A DNA stretch of 64,000 bases. It comes from an uncultured virus (IMG/VR IMGVR_UViG_3300044614_000614). Its lineage: Duplodnaviria; Heunggongvirae; Uroviricota; Caudoviricetes. Positions 20,548-30,590 of the stretch are shown piece after piece. The position numbers were made by a program, and so were the translations under genes. The stretch is taken from positions 1 to 64,000 of IMG/VR virus record IMGVR_UViG_3300044614_000614; one strand, given 5' to 3'. Numbering within the stretch: position 1 is the first letter of the stretch; every line of letters starts with the position of its first letter. The notes under the pieces were generated by a model that was not told where the DNA came from, ran no database searches, and saw nothing but the letters and a program-made list of their open reading frames with translations.

Positions 20548-21757
20548 AGTGCGCGTCCTTCAGAAAAGCTTCCTTGATCTTTGCATAGGAAGCGTTGGAA
20601 CCACAGTTCTTAAGTATCATAGCAACAACTGCTTCATAAGTCAAGCGTTCATCACATTCCTTGTCCCAGAACTGGAAAACAAGGCCGCGCAACATAGGAT
20701 CAAAAGTCGGCGCATAGTTGATTGCAAACGTCTTCCGATCCATCGTCTCACGGTTCTGCTTGACAGTCTGATAAACATGCCATGCAGCAAGACGCATCTG
20801 TTCCATCAGAACAATTTGGAACTTCTCAATCTTTTCTACATCTTCACGCGGAAGGACAGGAAGCATATCATCCAGTTCGCTCTTCAAGATCAGTTCTACA
20901 ACATCACGTTCCTGACCGAGCAGTGACTTGACCTTGTGAATACGGACATACCAGTCGGACTTGATCTTGACCATATGGCCATCATCAAAGCGAACAACCA
21001 CACCTTCAGCATCTTCCATTTCACGGATTATACCGATGAGAGTACCCATCTTTTGAATTTGTTCGTGTGACCATGCCTTTACAACTTCAATGCCATAACG
21101 CTCACCGATACGCTCTAATGTGCCATGCAGCATATAGCTACCAAACTTCATTTCACGCATTGCAGTCAGCACAAGACGATCCTCAGGATAGTCCAGCACA
21201 ATACGGTTCTTGTTTGAACACCACTCAAACACAGGAGTGAATCCATGTTCAAGATAGTGAGCAGCAAGTTCAGTATAGTCAGGGCGAGAGGCTACGAAAG
21301 CTTCTGCTTCCATAGAAGTATCAGTGATACCCATCTTGGTCATCCAACGAAGGTGCCCGTTGACAAAACAAGGAGATACCATAGAGCCGTCAAGCTTCTC
21401 AAGGATCACGTGCGGGCGAGACCAATCAATCTTGCCGATAGAAGTCTCATCACGCTCGTTCACATTGAAGAACTTGTGATACCGACGACCGATCAGATCG
21501 CCGTCCATGTCAAACACAAGACCACGACACTCACGACGAACAGCAGCGCCGTGCAACTGACCAGAATACTTTCCTGCATTTTGCCCAGAGATGTATACAT
21601 CACCAGTTACATGAACATCAGGAAAAGTATCATGACCAGCCACAACATAGTTGATGACCTGATAACCATCCTTCACAACATGGATGAACTCAGGAGAGTC
21701 CTTGATGTGCGGTAACACATCATCTATGTGGTATATTTTAGGAAAATCATATTGCAT
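20540..21757 (-). CDS. rnlA: RNA ligase 1
   Basis: RECRG, KFFN, EKLDGS, FE, EGVV, KIK. Confidence 0.92.
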   Translation of the reverse strand: MQYDFPKIYHIDDVLPHIKDSPEFIHVVKDGYQVINYVVAGHDTFPDVHVTGDVYISGQNAGKYSGQLHGAAVRRECRGLVFDMDGDLIGRRYHKFFNVNERDETSIGKIDWSRPHVILEKLDGSMVSPCFVNGHLRWMTKMGITDTSMEAEAFVASRPDYTELAAHYLEHGFTPVFEWCSNKNRIVLDYPEDRLVLTAMREMKFGSYMLHGTLERIGERYGIEVVKAWSHEQIQKMGTLIGIIREMEDAEGVVVRFDDGHMVKIKSDWYVRIHKVKSLLGQERDVVELILKSELDDMLPVLPREDVEKIEKFQIVLMEQMRLAAWHVYQTVKQNRETMDRKTFAINYAPTFDPMLRGLVFQFWDKECDERLTYEAVVAMILKNCGSNASYAKIKEAFLKDAHYV

Positions 21758-22206
21758 TAGAAATCTCCTGGTGCTACCTGAAGGACACGAACGCCTTCAG
21801 CACGGATTGCATTGACTACGCGAGTGCGGTCATCAAACCACAGAAACGGATTGCCGAACTCAGCACGGATCTGCTGAAGCAGTTCAACCTTGATGATATC
21901 ATCAGGCCGATGATCTTTCGCAGGTCTCATGTACAGCTTGGAGTACAGAACACCAAAATTCGTCATCTGCACTACAGTTTCCCGCCGCTGATCTTCGCTA
22001 CGACCTGAGCAAAGAAGCAGAGTATTACCAGCGGCTACAAGCATAGTAGAAAGATGTACAATGTCCTCATGCGGAGTATCATTCACGATACCAGCATTGA
22101 AAGCTTTCCAGTTCTTTGGCTTCGTTGCGACAAAGGCACGCCGATGCTCAATGTTCGCAAGAGTGCCATCAATGTCAAAAACGATAACCTTGGTCATTCT
22201 ACACAC
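21757..22206 (-). CDS. HAD 3'-phosphatase (PseT C-terminal domain-like)
   Basis: DIDGT, SGR, MR, K, FDDR, QVAPGDF. Confidence 0.88.
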   Translation of the reverse strand: MCRMTKVIVFDIDGTLANIEHRRAFVATKPKNWKAFNAGIVNDTPHEDIVHLSTMLVAAGNTLLLCSGRSEDQRRETVVQMTNFGVLYSKLYMRPAKDHRPDDIIKVELLQQIRAEFGNPFLWFDDRTRVVNAIRAEGVRVLQVAPGDF

Positions 22207-22388
22207 TCAATCCTATCTTCAGCTTGCATATACCAATCAGGAGCAGGTCCTGCTTTATTAGCAGAGTTCACCTTTTGAATACGCGACTTGGCTTCCTGAT
22301 ATGTATCGTAATCCTCATGCCAATACTCTTGGCCCCAACCGCGTTCAGATTCCACAAGAAAGATCCGATACTTCATTTTCTGTCCTTT

Positions 22389-22823
22389 CTATATCTTACG
22401 ACCAATTGTAGCAGGATCAGTTCCGTCAGTCAAGTATTGAATAGCACCCTTATTATAAGCTGGAGCAACGCGAGTTTTCTTACGTTCAATCTCTTTGATG
22501 GTTGCAACGGACTCTTCACGGTCGCGCTTCCACTTGTAGTCTTCAACAGACCGCTTGAAGCCATTGCCGACAGAGTTAGACAGTGGTGCTAATTCTCGCT
22601 TCGGCAATGGCTCAGGCAAATTAATTGGGCGTTCCTTAACAGAACCCTTGAGTACAGACTTGAAATATTCTTTACGTTCCTCACGTAGACGCAGTGTCTT
22701 AGCGGACGGCTTTTTACGATCAGATGAAGTCTTGATATATACAAGTGCCATTTTTTTATTATCGCCAGTCTTTGAAATTTCCAGCAGCTTCATTCTCATC
22801 ATAACCTGCTTTGTATGCAGCAA
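22389..22823 (-). CDS. conserved phage hypothetical protein
   Basis: APAYNKGAIQY; true start probably MALVY. Confidence 0.6.
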   Translation of the reverse strand: MLHTKQVMMRMKLLEISKTGDNKKMALVYIKTSSDRKKPSAKTLRLREERKEYFKSVLKGSVKERPINLPEPLPKRELAPLSNSVGNGFKRSVEDYKWKRDREESVATIKEIERKKTRVAPAYNKGAIQYLTDGTDPATIGRKI

Positions 22824-22986
22824 GTTCTTCAGTAGTCATATCTGCTGCATCTACACGAGGCGTACTATATGTATTGCCCACATAGTAGTGAGGTTCATAT
22901 CCACGTCGATAGTAACTGTCAGCACTACCACGATCAAACGGTCCACCATGACGCGCACTATACTTTTTCATGTGCATAAGTTCCAT
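22759..22986 (-). CDS. conserved hypothetical protein
   Basis: HGGPFDRGSADSYYRR. Confidence 0.65.
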   Translation of the reverse strand: MELMHMKKYSARHGGPFDRGSADSYYRRGYEPHYYVGNTYSTPRVDAADMTTEELAAYKAGYDENEAAGNFKDWR

Positions 22987-23057
22987 TAGTTATTCTATCG
23001 CTTCTAGAAGTATGATGAATATGATCCACATCACGATAACGTAGATCAAGAACCACA

Positions 23058-23327
23058 TTACATGCTCCAGTAAGTTTCAGAAGACGGATCACAGCACAGA
23101 GGAGTGTTCACACCCTGAGTGAATTCTTTTCCACTCATCATGTTGCGCTTCGTTTCTTTCTTCTCAATGTTTGCGTAGAAGTGATTGATTTCAGCGATAG
23201 CAAAGTCAGACTTGTTATCAAGACGAGCAAGAGCAATCTTGGCTCCACGCTCTGTCGGATAAACTTTGTAATTGAAGGAACCTCCAGCGAGACGAGTCGT
23301 TTCGGTGTTGTAGATCACGTAAGACAT
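23058..23327 (-). CDS. hypothetical early protein
   Basis: TPLCCDPSSETYWSM; own promoter. Confidence 0.65.
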   Translation of the reverse strand: MSYVIYNTETTRLAGGSFNYKVYPTERGAKIALARLDNKSDFAIAEINHFYANIEKKETKRNMMSGKEFTQGVNTPLCCDPSSETYWSM

Positions 23328-23356
23328 TCGAGAACCTCTTTCGTTGTTACAGAGAC

Positions 23357-23385
23357 ATTTATAAAGGATACGGAGAGAATGTCAA
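23357..23385 (-). promoter_or_regulatory. sigma70-type early promoter
   Basis: TTGACA...TATAAAT with TCCGTATCC spacer shared with 23605-23633. Confidence 0.6.
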
Positions 23386-23604
23386 CTCTTTTCTTCACTT
23401 TTCGATGTAGAATTCGTTATTTTCGTAGTCGAATTCAATGTTGAAGAGCTTACGAAGCGCAGTTTGCAACTTCAAAGCGATTACAGCTTGTGCGTGAGCA
23501 AGACGCTCGTTTTCAAAGATAGAATAGAGAGTTGCAGTAGCAAGCTTGTCATTGATGAAGAGAATGATCTTGTTAAACATGTGCATCTCCGTTGTTACAA
23601 AGAG

Positions 23605-23633
23605 AATATACTGGATACGGAAATAAATGTCAA
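23605..23633 (-). promoter_or_regulatory. sigma70-type early promoter
   Basis: TTGACA-N17-TATATT. Confidence 0.7.
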
Positions 23634-23958
23634 ACAAAAAATGGCAGAAAACTGAATTTCTGCCATTTACCATAGAATACAACTTCTAGTATTGTTTAGG
23701 ACTGCTTTTTCAATTCTAAGAATGTTCTCACAAAGCTATCATTAATCTCATATCCGTTCTTTTTCATCCAATGATACTCTTTTCCATACTCGGTACGAAA
23801 CATTCTAATCAATCCGGACTCTCTTGAGTCACCAAATCCGCTCATAGCCGCTATAAATGCTCTTCCCCATGCAATCATGGTAGGACTCCTTTCAGTCATG
23901 TTGTGATACACTAGTATATAGTATTTCACGTTGTGCAATGCAGCATGACAGATTGTCG

Positions 23959-24366
23959 CTACTCTTTGATGTGCGACCTGTGGACTTTGACCATGATCCA
24001 GTCATTGTAGTACCCATCAGATTCCAAAACGTTCTCATTCATCTGATGCCAAGCTTCCCAATAGTTCGCTGTACCTTTAGACTTGCAGAGTTTCAATATT
24101 TCTCTTTTGAATCTGTCTCGTCCCAGTTTCTCAACGTCTCCAAGAAGTGTGAGGTTTGAACCAAAGTATTCGCGCCAGTCACTTTCACTTTTGACTTTTT
24201 TCTTTCGCGTTTGCCCTTTAACTTTTTTGCTTCGGACTTTCGTGAAGTTCTTTTTACCAATATATTGTTTTCCATTTTCTAGATTGGTGATGCGATACAC
24301 AAAGGACACATAGCCTTCGATATCGTCATCACCAATTTCTTTGTCGTTGTAAAGCCACATGATCAT
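23959..24366 (-). CDS. GIY-YIG endonuclease
   Basis: FVYRITN..YIGKK..YFGS..REIL..YYN. Confidence 0.8.
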   Translation of the reverse strand: MIMWLYNDKEIGDDDIEGYVSFVYRITNLENGKQYIGKKNFTKVRSKKVKGQTRKKKVKSESDWREYFGSNLTLLGDVEKLGRDRFKREILKLCKSKGTANYWEAWHQMNENVLESDGYYNDWIMVKVHRSHIKE

Positions 24367-24386
24367 ACCCTTTTAGAGTATGTATG

Positions 24387-24818
24387 TTACCTTCCGCGAT
24401 CAGGTTGCCACTTACCGTGATGATCATACCAACCGTGTCTTGAGCCTTTGCCGTCCCAACCACCAAGATCAACTGCCGGCGCATCGATATTCACTGCACC
24501 TACGGCACCTGTCAAAGGTCGACCTACTTCGCATGTCACTTGAGGAAATGTTGGGCAGTTTGGTGATGAACAAACATATCCCATCACACCACTTAGACTT
24601 ATACCACACTTAGGACACTTCTCTTTTGCGCCAAATATATAATCATCAAGGCGCGGCTGCGGTTTAGGCAACTTATGAAGATCATCTTCAATCTTCTTGA
24701 TCTGCTCTTTACGCCACCGATCTTCAACAAGCTTCTTGCCTTCTTCAAGCCCAGCAGCAAAACCGTCCTTGAAGCCCTTTGCATAATCAGTCATACGTAC
24801 CTCCAAAACCAACACCAC
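24387..24818 (-). CDS. hypothetical protein with CxxC motif
   Basis: ORF track. Confidence 0.55.
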   Translation of the reverse strand: MVLVLEVRMTDYAKGFKDGFAAGLEEGKKLVEDRWRKEQIKKIEDDLHKLPKPQPRLDDYIFGAKEKCPKCGISLSGVMGYVCSSPNCPTFPQVTCEVGRPLTGAVGAVNIDAPAVDLGGWDGKGSRHGWYDHHGKWQPDRGR

Positions 24819-25116
24819 AATGTTTCAATCTTGCCGGTTGTGCATACCATAAGTCAAAGTCTATACCTGAGTATCCAACACCACTATGAACATACAGCGA
24901 TACATCATCTTCTTCATATGGTGTAAAGAACCATTTCAAAATCTTACTCATCTTCATTTTCCACTTCTACTTCATCTTCATCAAAACATTCTTCACCACA
25001 GAAGGAGCAGAAACGAGGCTGCCCCTGTGTTTCTTCATAGTCGTAAAGCACTTTGTATGATGACTCACAGTAGTTGCATTTTATCTTATCTACTTCTTTT
25101 GTCATTTTTGTTTCCT

Positions 25117-27051
25117 TTAGATTTCGCATCCTCCAGCGACACACGCGAGTTCTTGAGAACCAGTGGTGCTGTCACGCTTCTCATACTTAGCTAACATTGT
25201 CCAATCAATATCTTTTGGCATCTTAGCTGCAAGTGCTTCGTATTCTTCCTTCGTGCAGTCCTGATAAGGAGCTTGCTGATAAACGTGATCAGAGAATGGC
25301 AGGAATGAAACGCCTGACATTTCATCAAAGTGATTGTAGACCCATGCGCCAACTTCTGGCCACTCATCTTCCTTCACAGAGATAGTAACAGAAGGCTTAT
25401 GTTCGCAGAAATGACGTTGATAAACAAGCCATAGTTCAAGCTGTTCAATAGCAGTCATATCAGTGCGGAATACAGCATGATCAGGAGATTTCTGCGGGAA
25501 CGAGAACACATATGTATGCTCTGGCTTCATAACATCATCTTCACATGGGAAGCCCATGTCCTTCATCATAACTGCGAGAGGATCCTTCTTATCTGCACGA
25601 ACAGTTCTAATATAATAAGGAGAGTGACGAGCATGAATGCCACTTGCAGAGTCGACCAACTGTGATACCGTTCCACTAGGTTTGACGCAAGTAATAGCAG
25701 CGGAGACAGGAATATTAAGTTTAGCAGCCCATAGCTTATTAGTCTTGACAGCTTCTTCACGGAGACCCTCCAACATATCACCAATATTAAACAGTCCTGT
25801 AGCTTGTGTTGCACGACCGTTTGTGTATTCATTGTCCATGATACCAGTCAATGACACACCAAGAAGACGCTCTTCAGCACAGTTCTCAGACCACTTCTTG
25901 CTCAGGTATTTGAAGTTGGTAAGTGTGGATTGGAATGTACCAAGTATAGTTGCGAGTTTGACCTTGCGCTTGAGTGATTCGGGTGTATCATCTCCTCTGA
26001 CGACCACCTCTGTAAGATTACAGAACTCGCGTGAACGGAGAATGATTTCAGAACATGGGTTGGTGCCGAAATCGTGTTCAGGATCACGGCGTCCGAACTT
26101 CTCTGCTTGCTTCTTAGACGCAGTTCTACTAAAAATGCCGCGTTCGCCAGAGCGCGACTCATAGAGGGAAAGCCACTCACGCATGAAGAGGCCCACATCA
26201 GGCTTCTCTTTAGCAACGAAAGAGTTGTTAGCAAGAGCGCGTTGGACATTCTCTTTCCACCAGTCACCAGACTTTGCAACGCGCATTCTATCATCACTAA
26301 GGTCAGAAAGAGAAATAAGCGCGGATCTACGAACGCCGCCGACAACCACAATTTCAGCGATCTTACAAACGATATCATGTGCCTCCAATGTAGTTAAACG
26401 ACGACCGGCAGCCTTCTTGAATGATGCAACTACGAACTTGAATAGATCGGTCAGCGGCTGCGGGCCAGATGCACGACCACCAAATGTCTTGAGTGGTGCG
26501 CCAGCAGGGCGAACCTTTGATACATCCCAGCTTGGGACTTGACCAGCATACAAAAGATGCACCAGTTCCTTGAGAGCCTTTGCCCAACCAAGCTTTGAGT
26601 CTGCAACCTGAATAGTCGTGTCAGTTGGATACAGTTCGTCAGGAACAATAGGCAGTTGCTCTACATACTTTGATTCAACAGAGAAACCAACGCCAGTGCC
26701 ATTCATAAGAATGTAAAGAATTTCATCAAATGACCGAGGGCTATCAACAGCAACATACGAACAGTTATAGCCAGCAACGTTCTCACGCTTGAGAGCTTCA
26801 CCAGCAGTCATCAAGCAACGCATTGACGGCATGATTTCAAGATTAAGAACAGCTTCTTCTAGCTGCTTACGCTCTTCTGCGGTCACATTGTAACCAGTGG
26901 TTTCCTTGATATGTTCATCAAAGAAATTGAAATAACGGGCGACTGTTTCGTCCCAGTTCTCTCTACGATTTTCATCCCATAGCCAACGGGCATAACGAGA
27001 CTTATGAATGAACTCTTGATACAGAGACGGTAACATATTACTGCCTGACAT
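25117..27051 (-). CDS. nrdJ: class II (B12-dependent) ribonucleotide reductase
   Basis: YNC, GGVRRSA, TNPCSEI, KPSGT, C-terminal CVAGGC. Confidence 0.93.
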   Translation of the reverse strand: MSGSNMLPSLYQEFIHKSRYARWLWDENRRENWDETVARYFNFFDEHIKETTGYNVTAEERKQLEEAVLNLEIMPSMRCLMTAGEALKRENVAGYNCSYVAVDSPRSFDEILYILMNGTGVGFSVESKYVEQLPIVPDELYPTDTTIQVADSKLGWAKALKELVHLLYAGQVPSWDVSKVRPAGAPLKTFGGRASGPQPLTDLFKFVVASFKKAAGRRLTTLEAHDIVCKIAEIVVVGGVRRSALISLSDLSDDRMRVAKSGDWWKENVQRALANNSFVAKEKPDVGLFMREWLSLYESRSGERGIFSRTASKKQAEKFGRRDPEHDFGTNPCSEIILRSREFCNLTEVVVRGDDTPESLKRKVKLATILGTFQSTLTNFKYLSKKWSENCAEERLLGVSLTGIMDNEYTNGRATQATGLFNIGDMLEGLREEAVKTNKLWAAKLNIPVSAAITCVKPSGTVSQLVDSASGIHARHSPYYIRTVRADKKDPLAVMMKDMGFPCEDDVMKPEHTYVFSFPQKSPDHAVFRTDMTAIEQLELWLVYQRHFCEHKPSVTISVKEDEWPEVGAWVYNHFDEMSGVSFLPFSDHVYQQAPYQDCTKEEYEALAAKMPKDIDWTMLAKYEKRDSTTGSQELACVAGGCEI

Positions 27052-27072
27052 ACGAATACTCCTAAATTGTTT

Positions 27073-27729
27073 TTATTGTTCTAATACGGTCTTAAGTGAG
27101 GGGAATTGTTCAACGATAACATTCCAACATTGTTCTGCGATTAGACGATGTTCTTTCTGCGTTCCGTTGGCCATACGTAATTCACAGTAGTGGATCCATG
27201 AACGGAGTGATCCTGACATATACATGCGTGACATAGTGAGACCTTCAGGAAGAACAGAACGAGCAACTTCCTTTGCGATGCCATTTTCTATTGCCCATTT
27301 GTAAGCAGACTTTGCTAACTCTGTAACTTTATGTTGAGCAAGTCTAAACTCAATATCTAAATGACCGTCTTCATTTTCAATGCTGTTCTGACGATTCTTA
27401 GTATCTTGTAAACGAGCTTCACGCTGTTCAAACATACTATCAGTAACTTCTGCATAACGCTGGCTGAACTCTTGAAACGAGAACGAACGATGACGAAGGA
27501 TCTGCCTTGCAATATCGCGCGTGGTCTGGATCTCAAGCACAATGTTCACAGTTTCAAAGATTGACCAATGCTTATTCTTCACGCAATAGGTCAACAACTT
27601 CTCTGCCGTTTCATTATTCAACTGATTGCTAGGATTGGATACTCTAGCACAGTAAGCAATAAACTGTTCTGGAGTTTCCACTCCCTCAATCATCGGCTTT
27701 GTCATAGCCACAAGTTTCACACTACCCAT
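27073..27729 (-). CDS. thyX: flavin-dependent thymidylate synthase
   Basis: RHRSFSFQEFSQRY. Confidence 0.96.
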   Translation of the reverse strand: MGSVKLVAMTKPMIEGVETPEQFIAYCARVSNPSNQLNNETAEKLLTYCVKNKHWSIFETVNIVLEIQTTRDIARQILRHRSFSFQEFSQRYAEVTDSMFEQREARLQDTKNRQNSIENEDGHLDIEFRLAQHKVTELAKSAYKWAIENGIAKEVARSVLPEGLTMSRMYMSGSLRSWIHYCELRMANGTQKEHRLIAEQCWNVIVEQFPSLKTVLEQ

Positions 27730-28276
27730 TATATTTCATTCCTCTTGACCAATCATTACCGGGTTTGTCTTTGCTTCTCTTTCTTGCTCCTGAACTATGA
27801 GTCCACCAGCAAGTTCCAATCACATGTTTGCTACCGTGATTGTCGCTATTAGTATCTAGATAGCCAGCCTTCTTTGCTTTTGCCGCAAGACCTGCCTTCA
27901 TAGAGTTTGCTTTAGTGTCTGCTATACCAAGAAATGCAGGCTTGCCCGACTGTAATCTTTTCTGCATTGTCTTTTTGCTGACTTGTTTTCTGTCAATCCT
28001 CTGAAAGTTATGGACACCTTCGTCAATCAACTTCTTTTGAGTGATAGAGGCAAGTCTAGCAATCTCTTCACTATCATACTCATTCATACGGATCAATATC
28101 GCTTGAACAGCACCAATGTCACCTTGCGATCTATGTATCTCTAGATGTTCTTCGATAGAGACTAACTTGAGATTGGATAGATCATTGTTAGACCTATCGC
28201 CATCTATGTGATGTATCTCAAAACCATCGGGAATAGGGCCGTGAAATTTTTCCCAAAATCTACGATAGTGCATCAC
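27722..28276 (-). CDS. HNH homing endonuclease
   Basis: EIHHIDGDRSNN..NL..EH. Confidence 0.85.
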   Translation of the reverse strand: MMHYRRFWEKFHGPIPDGFEIHHIDGDRSNNDLSNLKLVSIEEHLEIHRSQGDIGAVQAILIRMNEYDSEEIARLASITQKKLIDEGVHNFQRIDRKQVSKKTMQKRLQSGKPAFLGIADTKANSMKAGLAAKAKKAGYLDTNSDNHGSKHVIGTCWWTHSSGARKRSKDKPGNDWSRGMKYNG

Positions 28277-28539
28277 ACTTCCTGATATGTCTTGATAAAG
28301 ATTTCATTCTTGCAAGGATAGAACTCACCGTTCACACCCTTGATGATCCAGTCGCTCTGACCACCTTCCATACGACCTTCTAGTGTGTCTATCCAAAGTG
28401 CAGGCGGGCTAGTGCTGAAACTAACGGTCGGACTGTTGATCCATTCTTCAATGTCTAATACAGACTTTGCATCTGTAATCTGCATTGCTTCTATTGTCAC
28501 AGGTCGCTTTCTAAACTTTCTTACTAAATTTTCTTCCAT
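28273..28539 (-). CDS. conserved phage hypothetical protein
   Basis: FRKRPVTIEA...GEFYPCK. Confidence 0.7.
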   Translation of the reverse strand: MEENLVRKFRKRPVTIEAMQITDAKSVLDIEEWINSPTVSFSTSPPALWIDTLEGRMEGGQSDWIIKGVNGEFYPCKNEIFIKTYQEV

Positions 28540-29528
28540 CTCTCAAACTCCAGTTTTGCCCTCAGATCACAGAACGTATTTCTATCTATAATACTCTGGA
28601 TTTCACTAGGTGTCGCTCCAGTCAAGATATAGTCGTTGATGTCTTTTGCTGCTATATCTTGAGGCCAAATAAAAATATTTTTATTGTGACTTATTGTCTT
28701 TGACATCTGTTTCACGATAGAAGAGTTGCGAGGTTCATTGTCGTGAATGAACACATAGTCATGATTACCTAGCAAAAGAGTAATATTATATAGTGATGCG
28801 TCCATAGTTGCAAGAGAGTTTTGTAAGAATAGACTGTCAATTGGACCCTCTACAACATAGATACGCTTAGACAAGTCTACACGATCAAGACCAAATACTT
28901 TTTTGTTATCATCACTCAGCTTGATTGTGATGTATCTGACTTTGCTATCACCCAATGCACGACCTTGAAAGCCAAGTAAAGTCTTCTCTTCATCATAGAA
29001 GGGAAAGATAATCCTTTGCTCATCATACAATGTCTTCTCATAGTCAGGAATAGTTTCCATGACATAGCTCTTGAAGTTAGATGCATAGTAGATATCGTTC
29101 AATCTATCACGCGGAATCATACGCTTCAGCAGATACTGCTTTGCTACATGATCTTCTGGTAGTGAATTGATTGTAGGAAGATCAATACGCTTTTTGAATA
29201 CTGGCTTGACCATAGCTTGCGAAAAGTCAGGCTTTGCTACATTACCAGAAGACTCATTCTTGTAGCGTTCCATCTGATACTCACGATACAGTGAGTTATC
29301 TATAAGCTTGAGGAAATTACCAAGAGATAGGCCTGTTCCACAATTATGACAAGTATAGAACACATCAGACTTGCGCCGATAGAAATAACCACGAGCCTTG
29401 ATCTTGTTCTTATGGGAATCACCACATACAGGACACCTAAAGTTCCACAAGTATTCAGATTTCTGCTTGAACCGTTCTAGCTTGGGAGAGACTAGAGAAA
29501 CGAACTTCTTATCGATGTATAAAGACAT
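28524..29528 (-). CDS. gp61: DNA primase
   Basis: CPVCGDS, CHNC, EGPIDS, DNE, KDIND. Confidence 0.95.
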   Translation of the reverse strand: MSLYIDKKFVSLVSPKLERFKQKSEYLWNFRCPVCGDSHKNKIKARGYFYRRKSDVFYTCHNCGTGLSLGNFLKLIDNSLYREYQMERYKNESSGNVAKPDFSQAMVKPVFKKRIDLPTINSLPEDHVAKQYLLKRMIPRDRLNDIYYASNFKSYVMETIPDYEKTLYDEQRIIFPFYDEEKTLLGFQGRALGDSKVRYITIKLSDDNKKVFGLDRVDLSKRIYVVEGPIDSLFLQNSLATMDASLYNITLLLGNHDYVFIHDNEPRNSSIVKQMSKTISHNKNIFIWPQDIAAKDINDYILTGATPSEIQSIIDRNTFCDLRAKLEFERWKKI

Positions 29529-29562
29529 AATGCCACCTAGATTTACAAATAGGTGGCATTAT
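29527..29562 (-). promoter_or_regulatory. 13-bp hairpin over the primase RBS/start, overlapping a TATAAT -10
   Basis: ATAATGCCACCTA / TAGGTGGCATTAT; TTGACT upstream. Confidence 0.55.
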
Positions 29563-29588
29563 AACAGATGGTAATAGAAAGTCAATTG

Positions 29589-30068
29589 TTAATTAAATAG
29601 CTTGGTAATGTTGATTGCATTGTTTGCGATCAAGAAAAGAAGGAATGAAATGATAGCCGCTATTCCGTATTTCCACATTTCAATTTGACCTAGACGACTA
29701 CCTAAACCTTTTTCACTTCCTTTTATCTCTTCACGCATCTTATGAAGTTCAGCTAAGATTGTTCTTTCTGTGTCTTCAATTTTATCCGTGAGTTCTTTGT
29801 TTACGGTATTAATGCGATTATACACATCTTTAATGTTACTATTGTGTTCTTGTCTACGCATTTCGAGTATGCCCTGCACTTCTGAGGTTATTCTTTCATG
29901 ACTTTCAATCCTCTGTTCTTGTAGAGCAATCATCTTGGTTAGATTAGTCGCAATTTCTTGAATCTTATCTATAGTCGTGTCGAACTTTTCAAGCAAAGCT
30001 GACATCGTGGTTACATCTTTTTTCAAAAGCTCAATATCAACTTTAATTTCTTGCTCAGACACGGCCAT
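29589..30068 (-). CDS. coiled-coil protein with C-terminal TM
   Basis: ORF track. Confidence 0.65.
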   Translation of the reverse strand: MAVSEQEIKVDIELLKKDVTTMSALLEKFDTTIDKIQEIATNLTKMIALQEQRIESHERITSEVQGILEMRRQEHNSNIKDVYNRINTVNKELTDKIEDTERTILAELHKMREEIKGSEKGLGSRLGQIEMWKYGIAAIISFLLFLIANNAINITKLFN

Positions 30069-30086
30069 TACCTCTTATTGTTTTGA

Positions 30087-30587
30087 TTATTTAGTAGTCT
30101 TCTTAGTTACTGTGATCTGCGCCTGAGGCAATGCAGTTCTATCTTGCTTTTCAATTGTACGAGAACCAAACCAGAAAGCAATGATAGTTGAGAAGAGTGC
30201 CATTGTCTCAACGTCCCATACGGCTCTCAGCATTTCTGGAACAGATTGACCAGTTGATAGCATCACATATGCTGCGGAAATTTTTACTGCAAGAAATGTA
30301 ATGAAGAATACGTATGTGACTACTGGGCGAACAGAAGCGCGTAGTGCGTTAATAAAGATTCCACCATCAAGAGACTTATCATGATCAAGAGCAGATTGTC
30401 GTGACTGAGCGTCACCCTTAACCATTTCAATGTTGTAAGTGAGATCGGCTTGGCGTTCGGCCGCATCAATCTTAATTTTTGAAAGTTCAAGTTCATACTT
30501 AATCTCCTGCTTACGCTCAAATATTCTTACAATAGAAGGTAGCAAACTACCTACGATACCTAGAAATGGTGATAATAGTGCTAACAT
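30087..30587 (-). CDS. 3TM holin-like protein
   Basis: ASVRPVVTY...AFWFGSR. Confidence 0.65.
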   Translation of the reverse strand: MLALLSPFLGIVGSLLPSIVRIFERKQEIKYELELSKIKIDAAERQADLTYNIEMVKGDAQSRQSALDHDKSLDGGIFINALRASVRPVVTYVFFITFLAVKISAAYVMLSTGQSVPEMLRAVWDVETMALFSTIIAFWFGSRTIEKQDRTALPQAQITVTKKTTK

Positions 30588-30590
30588 GGT

